DNA of 64,000 bases from Amphiscolops sp. MND2022 (lineage: Eukaryota): contig OZ076412.1 of NCBI GenBank assembly GCA_964187785.1, positions 38,874,001 to 38,938,000 of the forward strand, in the 5' to 3' direction. Of this stretch, positions 1 to 12,502 are shown piece by piece (positions within the stretch are counted from its first letter, which is position 1; each line of letters opens with the position of its first letter). The translations under genes were made by a program, and so were the position numbers. Below the pieces are notes generated by a model that saw nothing but the letters and a program-made list of their open reading frames with translations, was not told where the DNA came from and did no database searches.

Positions 1-435
1 TAACTGCATAGTGGGTAGTTTCAATTTCGCGCTAGACATCGTCGGGTTGGCTGTGGAAGCTGATTGCACTGAGGCATCCAATGAGGTTTCCTCGAGTCGT
101 CTTCTCATTTGCTTGAGCAATTTTCGTACGTCGGTAGAATAGTCCGATGCAGCATCAACCTCGTTCTCTAGATCCACATCTTCCACTAGTTCTTCGATTT
201 GCTTGTTCTTCGATTCAATGTCTTTGAGCTTGAGGGTTATTGCTTCCTCCAAACGCTCAATCTCTTCTTTCTGTGATGTAGTCAAGGCATGACCTGGAAT
301 CCTGAGAAGGGCTTCCGAGGCTCTGGTGAGTCTTGTGATGACTCCTTTGTGCGCTGATCGCGACTTGTTGAGTCTAGTTAGCTGCTGTTCATCAGTGGTT
401 GATGAACCAGTTTGTGCGCTTTCTGGGCTTGACAT
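1..435 (-). CDS. gag: N-terminus of BEL/Pao-type Gag polyprotein (open off the left edge of the window)
   Basis: Not in the ORF track because it has no stop inside the window. ATG at 435 gives MSSPESAQ...RLNKSRSAHKGVITRL...LENEVDAASDYSTDV...SAKLKLPTMQL. This matches the BEL/Pao Gag pattern R..HKG.ITRL followed by coiled coil and then KLP.+.LP (DUF1759 start). It lies just downstream of a PBS. Confidence 0.8.
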   Translation of the reverse strand, partial: MSSPESAQTGSSTTDEQQLTRLNKSRSAHKGVITRLTRASEALLRIPGHALTTSQKEEIERLEEAITLKLKDIESKNKQIEELVEDVDLENEVDAASDYSTDVRKLLKQMRRRLEETSLDASVQSASTANPTMSSAKLKLPTMQL

Positions 436-505
436 CTTGAAAGGAGTGTCAAGTAATGTCACAGAGGACGAATTGATCTTCTTTTCCGGTTTCTGTATCC
501 CGGGT

Positions 506-518
506 GGTCGCGGCACCA
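506..518 (-). promoter_or_regulatory. Primer binding site (tRNA-His-like) of the BEL/Pao element
   Basis: Minus strand reads ...AATTTACA-T-TGGTGCCGCGACC, i.e. LTR-terminal CA, a 1-nt spacer, then TGGTGCCG(C)GAC, complementary to the 3' end of tRNA-His (TGGTGCCGTGAC). Confidence 0.75.
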
Positions 519-519
519 A

Positions 520-696
520 TGTAAATTGTGTATATTTCCCTTTGGAAATTCAATGTATATTTCCCTATGGAAATTCTCCCTGAATTCAATCTGATTCAAA
601 CGAGGTTTTTAACAGAAAGAGATTCAATTGATGCTAGAAGAACGGAATAATCAGAGTTGAAATGTGGGAACTAGCTAATCTGAATGGTTGAAAACA
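520..696 (-). repeat. 5' LTR of BEL/Pao element (outer boundary uncertain)
   Basis: Inner end is fixed by the CA at 520-521 next to the PBS. The nearest TGTT start on the minus strand is at 696, but the LTR could extend further. Confidence 0.45.
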
Positions 697-1588
697 AAAC
701 CAATGAATTTTACCGCACAAAGGTGTGAACAAAAATCAAACTTCATTCGTGAAACAATATGATTAGTTGCATGAACAGCATGGCAACGTGTCAGATAAAC
801 ATGTCTAGAATAAAATTGAACTAAATGAAATTTTGGCGTTAACAGCTTATGCAGCAAAAAGGGTGTGAACAAAAGCGTTTTGAGTTCAAGTTTGGGCTTT
901 TCCGGCAGTGAAAATCTCTTCATTGTGGCAGGTCTGTTGTCCTTACATGTAGGATATATGCGAAGCACCTGAAACAAAAAAAAACGATTATATTCTGAAG
1001 CATGAGGGATATCCTTGCTTCCAAAACAGTTAAAATGTTCGGCAGGAGTGTTGCTAAGCTGGCAATTTTGAAATGCTGTGCTCAAAACAACCAACGCAAA
1101 CCAGTTAGAAAGACACTGTTGTGCTTTTAAAACAGGTTTTCAAAAGATTCCAATAAATTTTAGAGAAATGATCCCATTTATTTACCAGCCCAAGTTTAAA
1201 CGACCTGAAATAGTTATATAAAGAAGAAAGCCATCGAGTAATCAATTTTCGTTTTGATCGAAATTGCAGGTTAAAATGCAATAGGTAGAAATTCCAAGGG
1301 ACGAAATGTCCTGTATCCGTTTTCAAGACTAGTTACTGATCATTGTTCGACACAGGATTTTAAATAGGTGCCATTGACTTATGTATTCAAAGAACGACCT
1401 CATTTATAAATGCTTGTACGTTTAAGTGAACCGCAAAATCAAATGAGTGGGCAAGATTCCCTTTGTTTTTCTTCGAAATTTTTTGGATGGATTTTTTCTC
1501 CAGAAATCTTGAAAAATTTTTTTAAACAGTTCTTTGTTCATACGCTTGGCGATGGCTTGGGCCGTTCACGCTTTGTTAGTCACCAACA

Positions 1589-1818
1589 TCAGCTAGGACC
1601 CTGACCTTGTTTCTCCGGAAAGTGTCGTTTTTTGCTATCACTCAGTTCCGGTGCCAGACTGGGTATTTCTGCATTCCCTTCCTTGGGACCGAATACACTA
1701 CTGGAGAAGGTATAGCAGTTGCTGAAATGTTTCGACTGCGGGTGAAGAAACACTTTCTTCGTGTCTTGTTCAACACAACACCGAGTGTCATACAGCTTGT
1801 ACCTCTCTTGGTCATCTC
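1589..1818 (-). CDS. Candidate host exon, weakly DEG/ENaC-like
   Basis: Acceptor TTTTTTGCAG at 1819-1828 is followed by an open frame (G)DDQERYKLYDTRCCVEQDTKKVFLHPQSKHFSNCYTFSS. This resembles the DEG/ENaC extracellular motif F.HP.YGNCYTFN. Confidence 0.3.
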
Positions 1819-2468
1819 CTGCAAAAAATCGTGGTTCATTTATAAATTTATTGAAAGACAACACATGATATCGTTTCGGTCACAAGTATGATGTTTAATG
1901 TCTCAAGTATGCCTTTTTTATACGAATGCTATTTTAGCACTTGAATGTCTGCAGTTTCAAGTAAGTTTTAGTTTTTTATACCACGTGCAACTTCAAAGCG
2001 GCTTTCTGAGCTTGTTCCCAAACTATAGAAAACAATGCACTGTTCTGAGTCAGAAATTGTTTTGAGAAACTTTCAACAGAGTATCAAATTCACCAGTGAA
2101 TGACCCTTATAATCAGAATGGCACCCTAACCATAAACAGTTTATTTAGATTATGCCATTTCAAATGTTTGACGTCGCCTTGGAGGTGGAAATGCAAATAG
2201 GAGGCATCTCGGGCGTTATAGAAAGCTTGGCTAGAGTTCGTAGAGTCTATGTTATTGTCTAACAAAGTTTTAGTTGTATTGACTAAATATAGATTTTTGA
2301 AACTACACTACAGGGTACCAAAAAGGTCTGTACACCAAGGTTTTTTTCAAGGAAAGCGAACAATAGAAATCATCAAAATTTATCAAATTTACTTCAACTA
2401 GTAATCAATAACAGTTCCGTTGGATTTCTTGACACGTGCAAGTGTTTTGGAATAGAATGGCACAAATT

Positions 2469-3332
2469 CTACACAAGATCGTGTTCGATACTGTTCCAAA
2501 GTTTATTGACTTGTTCCTCCAGGCTTTCACAATTCACAGTCTGTTTTCCGAGTCTTTTCTTCACCATTGAGCACATAATCTCAATGAAATTCAAGACAGG
2601 GCTGAAGGGAGGCCACTCCAAAACTTTCCAACCATGACGTCGGAAATATACTTCAACTTTGTAAGCTTTGTACACAGGGGTCTTATCGTGCAAGAAAATA
2701 AGTCCTGGAAAGTTCAATTTCTGGTCGAAAATAGTCAGAATTTTGGCGTAGTCTGTGCTTTTTATTCTGTCAGCGCACGTAACGAATTTTTCCGGACATC
2801 GAATCACACTGCACCCTTGAACAAGAGAGATTACCTATCAGCTACTGTTTTTCTGACACTTTCCCCACAATGTTCCCAATTATTCTTCCTAAAAACGCGC
2901 ACCACTTGGTCACTGGATGGATACCTGCACTCTAGTATCGTCAGTTGAAGCAACGTCTTGCCAGTAATTGAATGGCTTCTTCAACACTTTAACACACCAT
3001 TTTAGTCTTGCGCGTGTTGCTTTCCCGCTAGTTTCAGCTCTTTAGCAGCAAATCGGCTATAAACACCACATTTCTCAAAAATTTTTGTGACTGTACTTTT
3101 TCAAGTAGAATTTACCAGGGAAAAGTTGTTTACTTGACTTGAACTTTCTCCAAACGAATTTTTGTATTTTTAAGGACATCGCTGCTGACTTTTTTCTGAC
3201 TTTTTTGGACTTTATTTGTGGCCGTGCTGTGGGCTTTACATCATGGTAAGAATCGTAATAAAGTAACGTTTTTGTGCCATTTGTGGATTTGATCTGTTTT
3301 GATCTGAGAAAATGACCCGACGGGTTGACCAA
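2469..3332 (-). pseudogene. Degraded Tc1/mariner transposase
   Basis: Frameshifted segments retain RLKWCVKVLKKPFNYWQDVASTDD (cf. RL.WA...W..V.FSDE), FLHDKTPVY (cf. FQQDNAP.H) and VLEWPPFSPVLNFIE (cf. WP.QSPDLNPIE). ORF 3075-3332 resembles the HTH region. Confidence 0.75.
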
Positions 3333-3567
3333 TTTCTAGCTGAGAATCGAAAATGGAACTGAACAAAAAATAGAAAAACATTTAGCATAAACATTACACG
3401 CTCTAGATTCATCTGTAAATTTCAAGTGTACAGAACGTTTGATACCGCAGTGTATATCGAAAACAGATTTATTTTCATCAGCGTTTTCTTTTTTTTTGAT
3501 TACAAAAAAAGCGTCCAAGTCATAAAAAGATGAGTTTGAATAAACTTTTCTTGTTTTATTGAAGCTG

Positions 3568-4127
3568 TTTTTCGTCGGCGCCGTTGAAGAAAAGTGCCCG
3601 ACCCTTACAGTGGGTATTTTTTCAGGCGCGGAAGGTCCACCTTTTTCTTCACTTGTTCAAGAACTACGGATGTTCAGAACACTCGAAACCTCGGAACCTC
3701 GTCCGAAAACAAAAACAAAAGAAAACCGACATCCAGAACCTCGAAACCATACTTGGGATTCCCCTTTGACAATTTTATAGTTTTTAGCGTCAATTTTTTG
3801 AAACTATGAGACTTTCTTACCGAAACTTGTTTATCACACCAAAGGCTCCCACTTCAATTGTTTCAATAATCTGCACCAGAATGGATGTTGAAAAAGCCCG
3901 AAGGTTGTTCCCTTTTCAATTTTTTGACACAGCGACACTGTTCAAAAACCTCATTTTTCTATTTGTTCAAAATTTCTATATTCTCCAATGGCCCCCTTTC
4001 TTTTTGTTTCATAATTTGGAACAAACTGGGGTTTCAAAAACGCCAAAGGCTCCCCCTTTTTGCAATTTTGAAAATTTGCTCTTTTTGAGCCTTAGATAGA
4101 GCGTCGACTTTGGCCCTTCCCGATTTT
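3568..4127 (+). mobile_element. HINE/Helentron-like non-autonomous element copy
   Basis: 5' hairpin GTCGGCGC...AAAAGTGCCCGAC, internal repeats, and a 3' end GAGCCTTAGATAGAGCGTCGACTTTGGCCCTTCCCG. Confidence 0.6.
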
Positions 4128-4635
4128 TGATTTGTAAACTTAAGTCCAATATGAGTGGTCTCAAGCAACCATTAACTTCAAGTTGACCCGAATGTTGAGA
4201 TCGTTCTGGTGAAAACATCACCAGTCATTCCCCTTTGTAGTAAATCTGGATTAAGGGGGCGACGAGCCCCTCCCAAGAATTTAACTCTACTATCACAACG
4301 GATTTTTTGGTGGTTAAGGTTTCTGCATCGATGAATAGCGAGCGTGACTAGTTTTACCACCAAATGGCTCTTCGGCTCAGATTGCTGAGATGATGTGAAA
4401 ACTACTGAATGGCAAAGATATTTGTGAATAATTTGAAACTGTCAAACTCCACAATCTCCAGGAATCATCAAAACGCTCAGCGGTTCTGGCAACGACGTAT
4501 CAATTCCCATGTCCCGGACTTGTATAGATTATATTTCTAGCTCCCGGAGCTAGGACGACCACTTCGTTCAGCTAGATCAAATGCTTGCCTCCGTCGCGAG
4601 GCTCAACTTGTTTATAGGTCTTTAACTTGTTTGGG

Positions 4636-5115
4636 TTTTTAGTCGGCGCGTTTTCCTTTTGAGGAAAAGTGCCCGACTATTGCAGTGACTTTTTTCTTCA
4701 GACTACAATCCTCATACTTATCGGTCCACTTTTTAGAAAAAATCTTAAAACCACCTAAGGCCAAGTCCGGCCGAGGCAAACTTAGTCCAAAGGGTCCCCC
4801 TTTCATTTTTTTAATTTTTCAAGGAAACCTACAAAACCGGACGTGCCTAAAGGGTCCCCCTGTGGATTTTTTTCGGCACTGTGTGACTTTTTTATAAAGT
4901 TTTTAATGTCCCCAAAAGGTCCCCTTTCGAGTTTTTGATATTTTGCAACAGAATATATATTAATAAAGCCCAAAGGGTCCCCCCTTTTACATTTTTCGGC
5001 ACTATGCGACATCTTCTGAAAGAAAAAATCAAAAATTTCAAGTTTTTTTCCAAAAAAAGTTATGTGCTTTTTGAGCCTTAGATATATCGCCGACTTTAGA
5101 CATTCTCGTCTTGTT
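4636..5115 (+). mobile_element. HINE/Helentron-like element copy
   Basis: 5' TTTTTAGTCGGCGC...GAGGAAAAGTGCCCGACTA, several AAAGGGTCCCCC core repeats, 3' subTIR CGCCGACTT, stem-loop remnant and TTGTT. Confidence 0.7.
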
Positions 5116-7990
5116 TCAAGTATCTTGCGATTCGGACTTACAAATAGCATTTTTTTGTTGGGCGTTGGAATCCTGAATTTGCGTGCCTCTACAATCATGT
5201 TGACTGAACCAGTTGATGGCAACGCGACGCCACTGATTCTCCTTCAACTAAACATTGTTTACCGTCAACTGCAAGAAATTCCAGAATTGATCCGAAGTTC
5301 ACATTCGAAGATAATTCGGAACATAATAGCTATCTACCAGAGGAAAAGCGATTGATCAATGACCTTCAATTACATGGTCTACATTTTCCCTACACGTGAG
5401 GGGCACTCTTCTGTCATTATGAGTAAATTTCATTCCTAATACATTCGCCCAACTGAAATGCAGAAAATATCACGCACATGTATCAAGCTCCTTTTCCACT
5501 CAAAGTCAGGCGTCAATCTAGGTTCACCCTAATCTTCTCTCGTGACCTTGCAGCTTCACAGTGTCATCTAACATTCTTATATGCCGGATTATAGGGTCCT
5601 AGGGTTAACGGTCTAACAGTTACAAGATGTGCGTATAGTGTTTACTTAAAGCAGTTACCCCTGTGTGGGCAATAATTAAAATTCAATTCGCGCTAGCAGT
5701 CGACTACCTTAGTAGATGCGGTTCCTTTGATATATTACCGGATCAAGTGTCTTTTTTCTACCGGACCCAACTGCCTTAAAAAACGATACTACTCGCCACT
5801 TGACTGAAAAATGTAGCTTTCATGTATTTCTCTTAGGGTTGGTTTGTAAAGTATCATGAACAAGTTTCCTGTTCGTAGTGTCAACTGGTAAAATTATACA
5901 TAACACTCAAGGTATGTTTACATAGGATTGGTGCGCGCATCGTAGAGGTCCGAAATATCGCGCAATCGCCCTAATATGTTCGAGCCTATCGTTTGCAAGC
6001 ACATAGCGATTAATTGTGAGGCATCTTCAATGTTTCTTCTAATTGCTGGCGACGCAGTGGAGATACCATTTTGGGTGTTGCGTCGAAAGTCGCGTTAACA
6101 CTTCTAGTATAGGCATACCAAATTTCAGCGCGATCAAAAAGTGCTTCTCAAAACCGGGTGGTCTTTTTCTGCACATCTTTCGTTTTCGTACTGAATGGTG
6201 AATATTTGGACTGGAATCGCGAGTGAAATCATCCCAAGTGAATCTACTTGGCTCAAACAATCAATTTCGTTCTTCGTTTGCCCGTGACCTAACTTCAAAT
6301 TGAACAGTGTAAAAATTTCTGACCTTTTAAATGAAGTATCGTTACTGGTTATATCGGGTTGAAAGAATCAATGAACCAATTATTTGGCCTCCAGTTACCT
6401 CATATGATGACTTATTTTTTGTTCACAGATTGAGGACATTGTCTTAAATCGGACCTAATACGGGATCGGAATTGATGATCGGTACGGTACGCACATGTTT
6501 GTTTTCGTACGCAATTGTAAGCACTTTTTGTTGCTTGTTAGCATAAACTGTTATAAAATAACATGACACGTTTCCGAAAGAGGGACAAAATGAAGCAAAA
6601 AGTGTCAAGTTTTCCTCGTTTTCGAGCTTTTCGCGCAAGATCTCCGTTTATTGGCTACCTTCGAGCCTTGAAGTTTTGTCGTCGGTAAAACAGTTTGGGC
6701 CAAGCATACTTCTGTTTCAGCAGATTTGCCTCGAAAAGATTAGCCTTTGAATCTTATGACTGAAGTTTATTCGAGAAGACTTGAATTAATTTTTTCCCAT
6801 TTTGCTAATATTATGCATTCAACTTTTAAAAATTTCATTTCAGCAATCACCATGTCATTTCAGCAAAAAAATGTGCCAGATTTGATTTACAAAGCAAAAT
6901 TAAACAAAGAACACTTTCATAACACAAACAAATTCAAGTTACCTTTCTGGGTCATTTTAGTGCAAGTAAAGTAAGTTTTTAACTGAAGATAATATTAAAA
7001 GGAGCAACAAGGTTTTTGTCTGCTGTTTTTATAAAATGCTATGAGAAAAAAATAAACACAAAATTTTCAAGCTAGAAGTTGGTTAAACAGACAAGTCTTG
7101 ATGCATTACTCTCAGTGCTTAAGCCATACACTTGGCCATATCTGAAGTACGTTATGAACGTAATTAAGTTTCAAACTTCTATCAATCCAGATGCGCACAA
7201 TTCAAATTTTGAATGAGCTAATTCAAATATGTTCATCATTGGTTTTATGCCTAATATAAAAATTACTTTTCATATGATTTCTGAAAGAGCTATAAATTAC
7301 TGAATCTCTAGTTCTAATTGAAAACATGGTTTGCAGCAGCTTCAGTGGTTCAAGTTTTGCATCGCACAGAAGAGAAATAAGTTATCTAGAGTATCATATT
7401 TGATTGATCACAAGAAATTTTTTGATCAACAGTTTTTGATTGCTAATTAGCTCAAGCTGAAATTTCAATAGCTGATAATTAACTGATTTGATTACTAATA
7501 GAAACGTTATGGAGCTAAAAAAATGATTTACCTGCGTTTAAACTAAGCCCAAACCCTTTTGGATACTAGAGAATTAAACATTTCAACTATCATAAAATTG
7601 GTGCTGTCACTTGGCATGATGAACCGCCGTAAGTAAATGCTGAAAGTATAAAGAATAGGTAATCCGGATTGATTTGTCTACATATACAGCAAATTATATA
7701 CTTCCAGTCGAAATCGTCCAAGATTTTTTCAGATATTTTTTGTCAAAGTTTGATATAAAGAGCCGTTGAAAGACCCTGGAAAATTCTTTTTGAGATGCTA
7801 GTTTTGTAGCATCGAACAGAGATGAACCTCAAATGATTTTGAGTTTTTACAGTAATCATTCAAGAACCAGGAAACTTCAGAATTGTGTTCTTCAGTTTTG
7901 AACTGTTTGTTTTTTTTTCGTAGTCAAACTATTGAGGACACTGGAAGATGCCGGTTTTTTCACAAAGATATCGTAGAAGTTTACGTAAAA

Positions 7991-8526
7991 CGGCATAGCG
8001 ACAACTCATATCAAGCGACAACTCATATCAGGCGACAACTCATATCAATTCAAAAATGCGACAACTCATATCAAGCGACAACTCATATCAATTCAAAAAT
8101 GCGACAACTCATATCAAGCGATAACATATCAATCAGGAAAAAGTGACAACTCATATCAGGTTTGTCTATAGGTTACAAATACATGAATTGTAATAATACC
8201 TAATTGTAATACTTTATAATTAACTACAATTAGAAATTCCAAGGAATATTTGGACTTATTTTTCATCATTTTATGCGCTATACTCAAGATGATTTTCTCT
8301 GCAACCCTTTTGTATGAAGGTGTGATAAGAGAGTGATTATCCATGACACTGATATTTAGCATAAAATCTTGTTACTATTCAATTGTTTTTGATAATCATT
8401 CATCAATAAGTAATTTTCTCTAATATTCTAATTAATTATGCACATTAAATTTTCCTATGCAGATTTTGATTTTCTGATATGAGTTATCGCCTGATATGAG
8501 TTGTCGCTTGATATGAGTTGTCGCCG
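7991..8526. mobile_element. MITE with long inverted ends built from 17-bp units GCGACAACTCATATCA(A/G)
   Basis: Direct array at 7998-8160 and inverted array at 8475-8526. Both ends begin CGGC. The interior is AT-rich. Confidence 0.7.
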
Positions 8527-8615
8527 TACGCGTAAAACAACGCTGTGATTTTGCTCTTTGTGTATTTTCACCTTTTGTTTTAGGTAATTAATTATTCGAA
8601 CCTGTAAATTATCGT

Positions 8616-9049
8616 CAGTAACCGCAAAAATAGTTATTTAACTACAAATAACTATTTTAACTATTCTCTGATTGTCTAAAAATAACTACTTCAATTATTT
8701 CAACATCTTGAGGACATTAAAAAGCTATTTTTGGCACAGATGCAGAAAACAAATTTCAGGAAGTTTTGCGGAAAAATGAAGAATTGGACTATCTTCGCGA
8801 AAACAGTGAAAAGGTGCCTTATGCACCAACAACTAGTTGCGAAATTGAGAGACTGTTTAGTACAATGAAAGCTAAAGAGCTCAATTCACGCAATTTTACC
8901 TGTGAAAATTTGAAAAACTTGCTTTTTTGAGATTGAAATGATTAACTATTTTGACTTAATTTAACTATTTATTCAACTATTTTTACATTCAAAATTAACT
9001 ATTTAGTTAACTATAGCGAGGTTTAAAATAACTATTTTTGCGGTTCCTG
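8616..9049 (+). mobile_element. hAT internal-deletion derivative (434 bp)
   Basis: TIRs of about 25 bp CAG(T/G)AACCGCAAAAATAGTTATTT. Perfect 8-bp TSD ATTATCGT at 8608-8615 and 9050-9057. Confidence 0.9.
8742..8930 (+). pseudogene. hAT transposase C-terminal dimerisation-domain remnant
   Basis: Reads AENKFQEVLRKNEELDYLRENSEKVPYAPTTSCEIERLFSTMK...ENLKNLLF*, with the hAT S..+ER.FS motif intact. Confidence 0.8.
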
Positions 9050-9685
9050 ATTATCGTATACCAATACGACCGTGTTTTGAGTATTTAGGACTTAGTTGTT
9101 TTTATATTGTATATATCGGTATATACTCAATGAGAAAATCAACAACGGTAAACGAGACTTTTAATCAAAATAAACGTCTCAAAATTATTAGAACCCAAAT
9201 GAACCCTCAAGAAACAATTTCAACGAGTTTTTCCAAAGTTTCAGTCTGAATTTTGTTGCGACGGTAGGATGTTCGCAATACAGATAGACTAGACAGAAAA
9301 CAGTTCCACAGCTGCCAAGCGTGCCGGACATGCCAAAATATTAAGGAATGTATCCCACAGATCGGGAAAATCTCCCCGGGATACGTTGTGCATCAGTCGA
9401 CCAAATTTATTTTTGTTTCTACAGATTTTACCTGCAGCAGTTCCATTGTAATCTTGACGAATATCAACGGAATCGTGCTGAATTTTAACCAACATTTTAA
9501 TTCTAATTCTGTGAATGAGAATGGATATATCAAAAGGAGTACTGAATAAAATTGCTTCCTCTTATATGCTTTATTTTGCTGCATATCTTTCAAACTCCCA
9601 CTGTTTTGTTGGACCCATTCTATTTTTAGGGTCTATCGTTAACCAATGAAAAGTTAGCATACTCATTCTTTCTTTCGAAGCAGAT

Positions 9686-9880
9686 CCCAGTATTCGAAAC
9701 CATGGTATCCTTGCCAAGACCATGCCAAGTTGCTTGGTAGCCTTGCCAAGATTTTGCCTTGATCTTGCCATGATCTTGACAAGGATGCCATGGCCATGCA
9801 AGATCGTCCAAAGTCTAACCATGATCTTGGCAAGGAATGCCATGATTAACCATGTTCTTGCCACGGGTTCCATGGTAGCA
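9686..9880. mobile_element. Short palindromic MITE fragment (CTTGCCAAG-repeat family, CCCAG left end)
   Basis: Inverted ACCATGGTATCCTTGCCAAGACCATG / CATGTTCTTGCCACGGGTTCCATGGT. Same motif family as 40590-41457. Confidence 0.5.
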
Positions 9881-9931
9881 AACCCGCTTTTTGGTTACTC
9901 CCAGTTAGGATCCATGTTCCCGCTCGCCGCT

Positions 9932-10015
9932 TTAGACGTTATTGCCGTTTTGCATTTAGATATTATTCCTTAGACGTTATTGCCGTTTTGCATTTAGATA
10001 TTATTCCTTAGACGT
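9932..10015. repeat. 38-bp direct duplication of the TTAGACGTTATT motif family
   Basis: Unit starts at 9932, 9970 and 10008 (partial). The same motif forms the subterminal arrays of element 33880-34952. Confidence 0.7.
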
Positions 10016-12375
10016 TTTTGCATTGAACCTTTAGCTACTCATCTAAAAAACTCACTCAGATCAAAAACGTTTCAGTAAACTGTCCATATGGCTTTTTACG
10101 ACACACTTCCGTGTAGGTACTTGTATATACATGTAGTCTTGCCAATCCTTGTGTACTCGGTACTTGTTCGTGCATACACGAGAATTGTCTGATTCCAACA
10201 GGAGCGAAGGTGCAGCTTCAATTCGTCGAACGTTCAAATCGCCGAAAACTGAAAAGCTATTCAACTCGTCGAAAGAATTCCATATCAGCGATTATTTTCA
10301 TTTGGTTATATTTCGTGGCGATTAACATATTTGTTTTTTGACTCGGTCGCTTCGCTCCCTTCGCTCTCTTCGCCAAGTAGCAATATTGAGGCATAGCTTT
10401 GCTTCGCTCCTGCATTTAGGGCACTAGGAGTATGAGAACATAGCTGACTACGTTATCGTAATTTTGAATGCTCGAATATGATTGGCCGAAATCAATTCAT
10501 TCAATTACGTCATACCATGCTCGCTAAATTAATGCGTGTTCGACGAATTGAATGTTCGACAAATTGAAGGGTCCCCAGGACCGAAAACCATTCGAACGGT
10601 AAGCAAATTTAAAATGTACTTAAATATCCGTTCATCCATGCATTGAAAGGTTCAGTCCAAAGTTGAATACGTATTCGAGAAGAGCCCTGCAAAACGCGTA
10701 ATGAACCTGGGCAATATGACCAGGCGTGCACAATATTGCACTTATATTTATTGATACGGTACAATAAGTCATTTTATTCCTAAAACTACCCGATAAATAA
10801 TTGTAAGATTTGTCTTAAACAATAAATTATTATGTATTATTGGTCTTCAAAAATAGAACACATTCGAGATGACAGGGCGACCTTGACTTTCGCTGTGGGA
10901 AGTAAATATACTTGGCCGAACTATTTAATTGTTCGGTATATAATAATCTTATGGTATATATTACATAACAAATACATGTAAAACGAGCAGTTTGTTGGAA
11001 AGCATTAAGTTTTTCTTCTTCAAATGCACTACCTTCTGCTGACTAAACCAATTTGCTTTTGATATGACATGATTCAACATTGGAATTCTGGTAGACTGAT
11101 CAGAGATTCTGGTAAGATTCTGATAAGTAACCAGACTGATGAGATTCTGGTAGACTGTAAGAGATTGAAAACTGAGGGAAGAAATAGCTGACCACATATT
11201 TCATATAAGTAACGACGACAATAGAAAAAAGAATTCGCAGTTAAGAAAAATAATTTAATAAACTTATTCTAAAATGGAAATTCATAAAAAGACTCATTGT
11301 TCTGAAGCTATATTTAGCTAAACCATGGAACCAATTATACTTTCGACACTTCTAGTTTTACTGCCAAAAATGATTTCACTTTTCGATACAGTTCAAAGCC
11401 GTCCAAATCAGTCATGTCACTTGTCAATTTAGGAGTACAACTTTAAGTCAACTGTTTTTGCAGTCTAAAATTTAATTAGAGCTTTAATTTAATTAAAGCT
11501 TTTTTACAGCTGTGAAACTCTCAAATTGACAGCACTTTTTAATCTTAGTCATTGAAACTGTCATTTTTCAGTTAACATCAACCTACATACCAGTAGCTGC
11601 TAAAGTAAAAAAAACTCATCATCGTTGCATTCCAAATTACATTTGGTCTTTATGTTCACAAGAACTTAAATTTGCCAAATTCCGAAAATTGTTTCAAATT
11701 TTTCAAGATGAGCTGAGAGACTTTGGTCCTGAAAATTGGAAGAACGCTTGAAATGAAATACATCCGCAGAAGATTCTATAGTAAACGGTCGTTTAAGTCC
11801 ATGCGCTGTCGCCTGTAGAATTTTTGCTCATATTTGAAATTTCTTGAATGAATTAATGCTAACCAACGGCCAATGATTATGAAGCAAATTCGTAAAAGTA
11901 GCTTTAATTCCTTTATTCCGCTCGCAACCAATTCTGGAAGACCTAACCAAATGTAAAGCACCGGCTCTTTTCTGCCTAGCTTGTTTCCATTTCAGATCCA
12001 GACAAATATCTGGATAGATATATCTGGCTTTCCAGTCCCAAGAGACGTGAACAGAACTGACTGGCTTGAAAAACCGCTTCCAGACCAATTAAGAAGAGCT
12101 AATGATTCGACAAGCGTCTTTCTCAATTGACACTGGATTACACTTTTCTATTTTGCCAAAATATATTCACTTTTCAAAAACAGCGGCGGCTTCCTATAGA
12201 ATTTGATTATACATCGCTTTTTTGAGCCTACAAATATGCACGTATAATGTTTGAGAATGTCGCCTGTCTTGGTGTTTAACTGTAACAAGTAATATTGCAC
12301 ATATTGCATATTGCATTTCTTGGTGAGAGCACTTCTAGAGGTGAAATTTTAGGAACAGATTTAGTAGCAGTTGCA

Positions 12376-12502
12376 ATGAAATTGCTTTTATCTCCTCGTT
12401 TCTTATTTCTTATTTTCTGCAGCATTCAACATCTCTCTTGCAAGGCGCTCAACTTCATACCTGAAGACTATGACCGAGACTTGAGACCTAGCTTCATGGA
12501 TG
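12376..12502 (+). CDS. Candidate first coding exon of a Cys-loop ligand-gated ion channel subunit
   Basis: GCAATG start, signal-peptide-like MKLLLSPRFLFLIFCSIQHLSCKA, then NFIPEDYDRDLRPSFMD(G), matching the pLGIC motif YD...RP....G. A GTTAGT donor follows at 12503 (phase 1), near where GABA/glycine receptor genes carry an intron. Confidence 0.55.
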
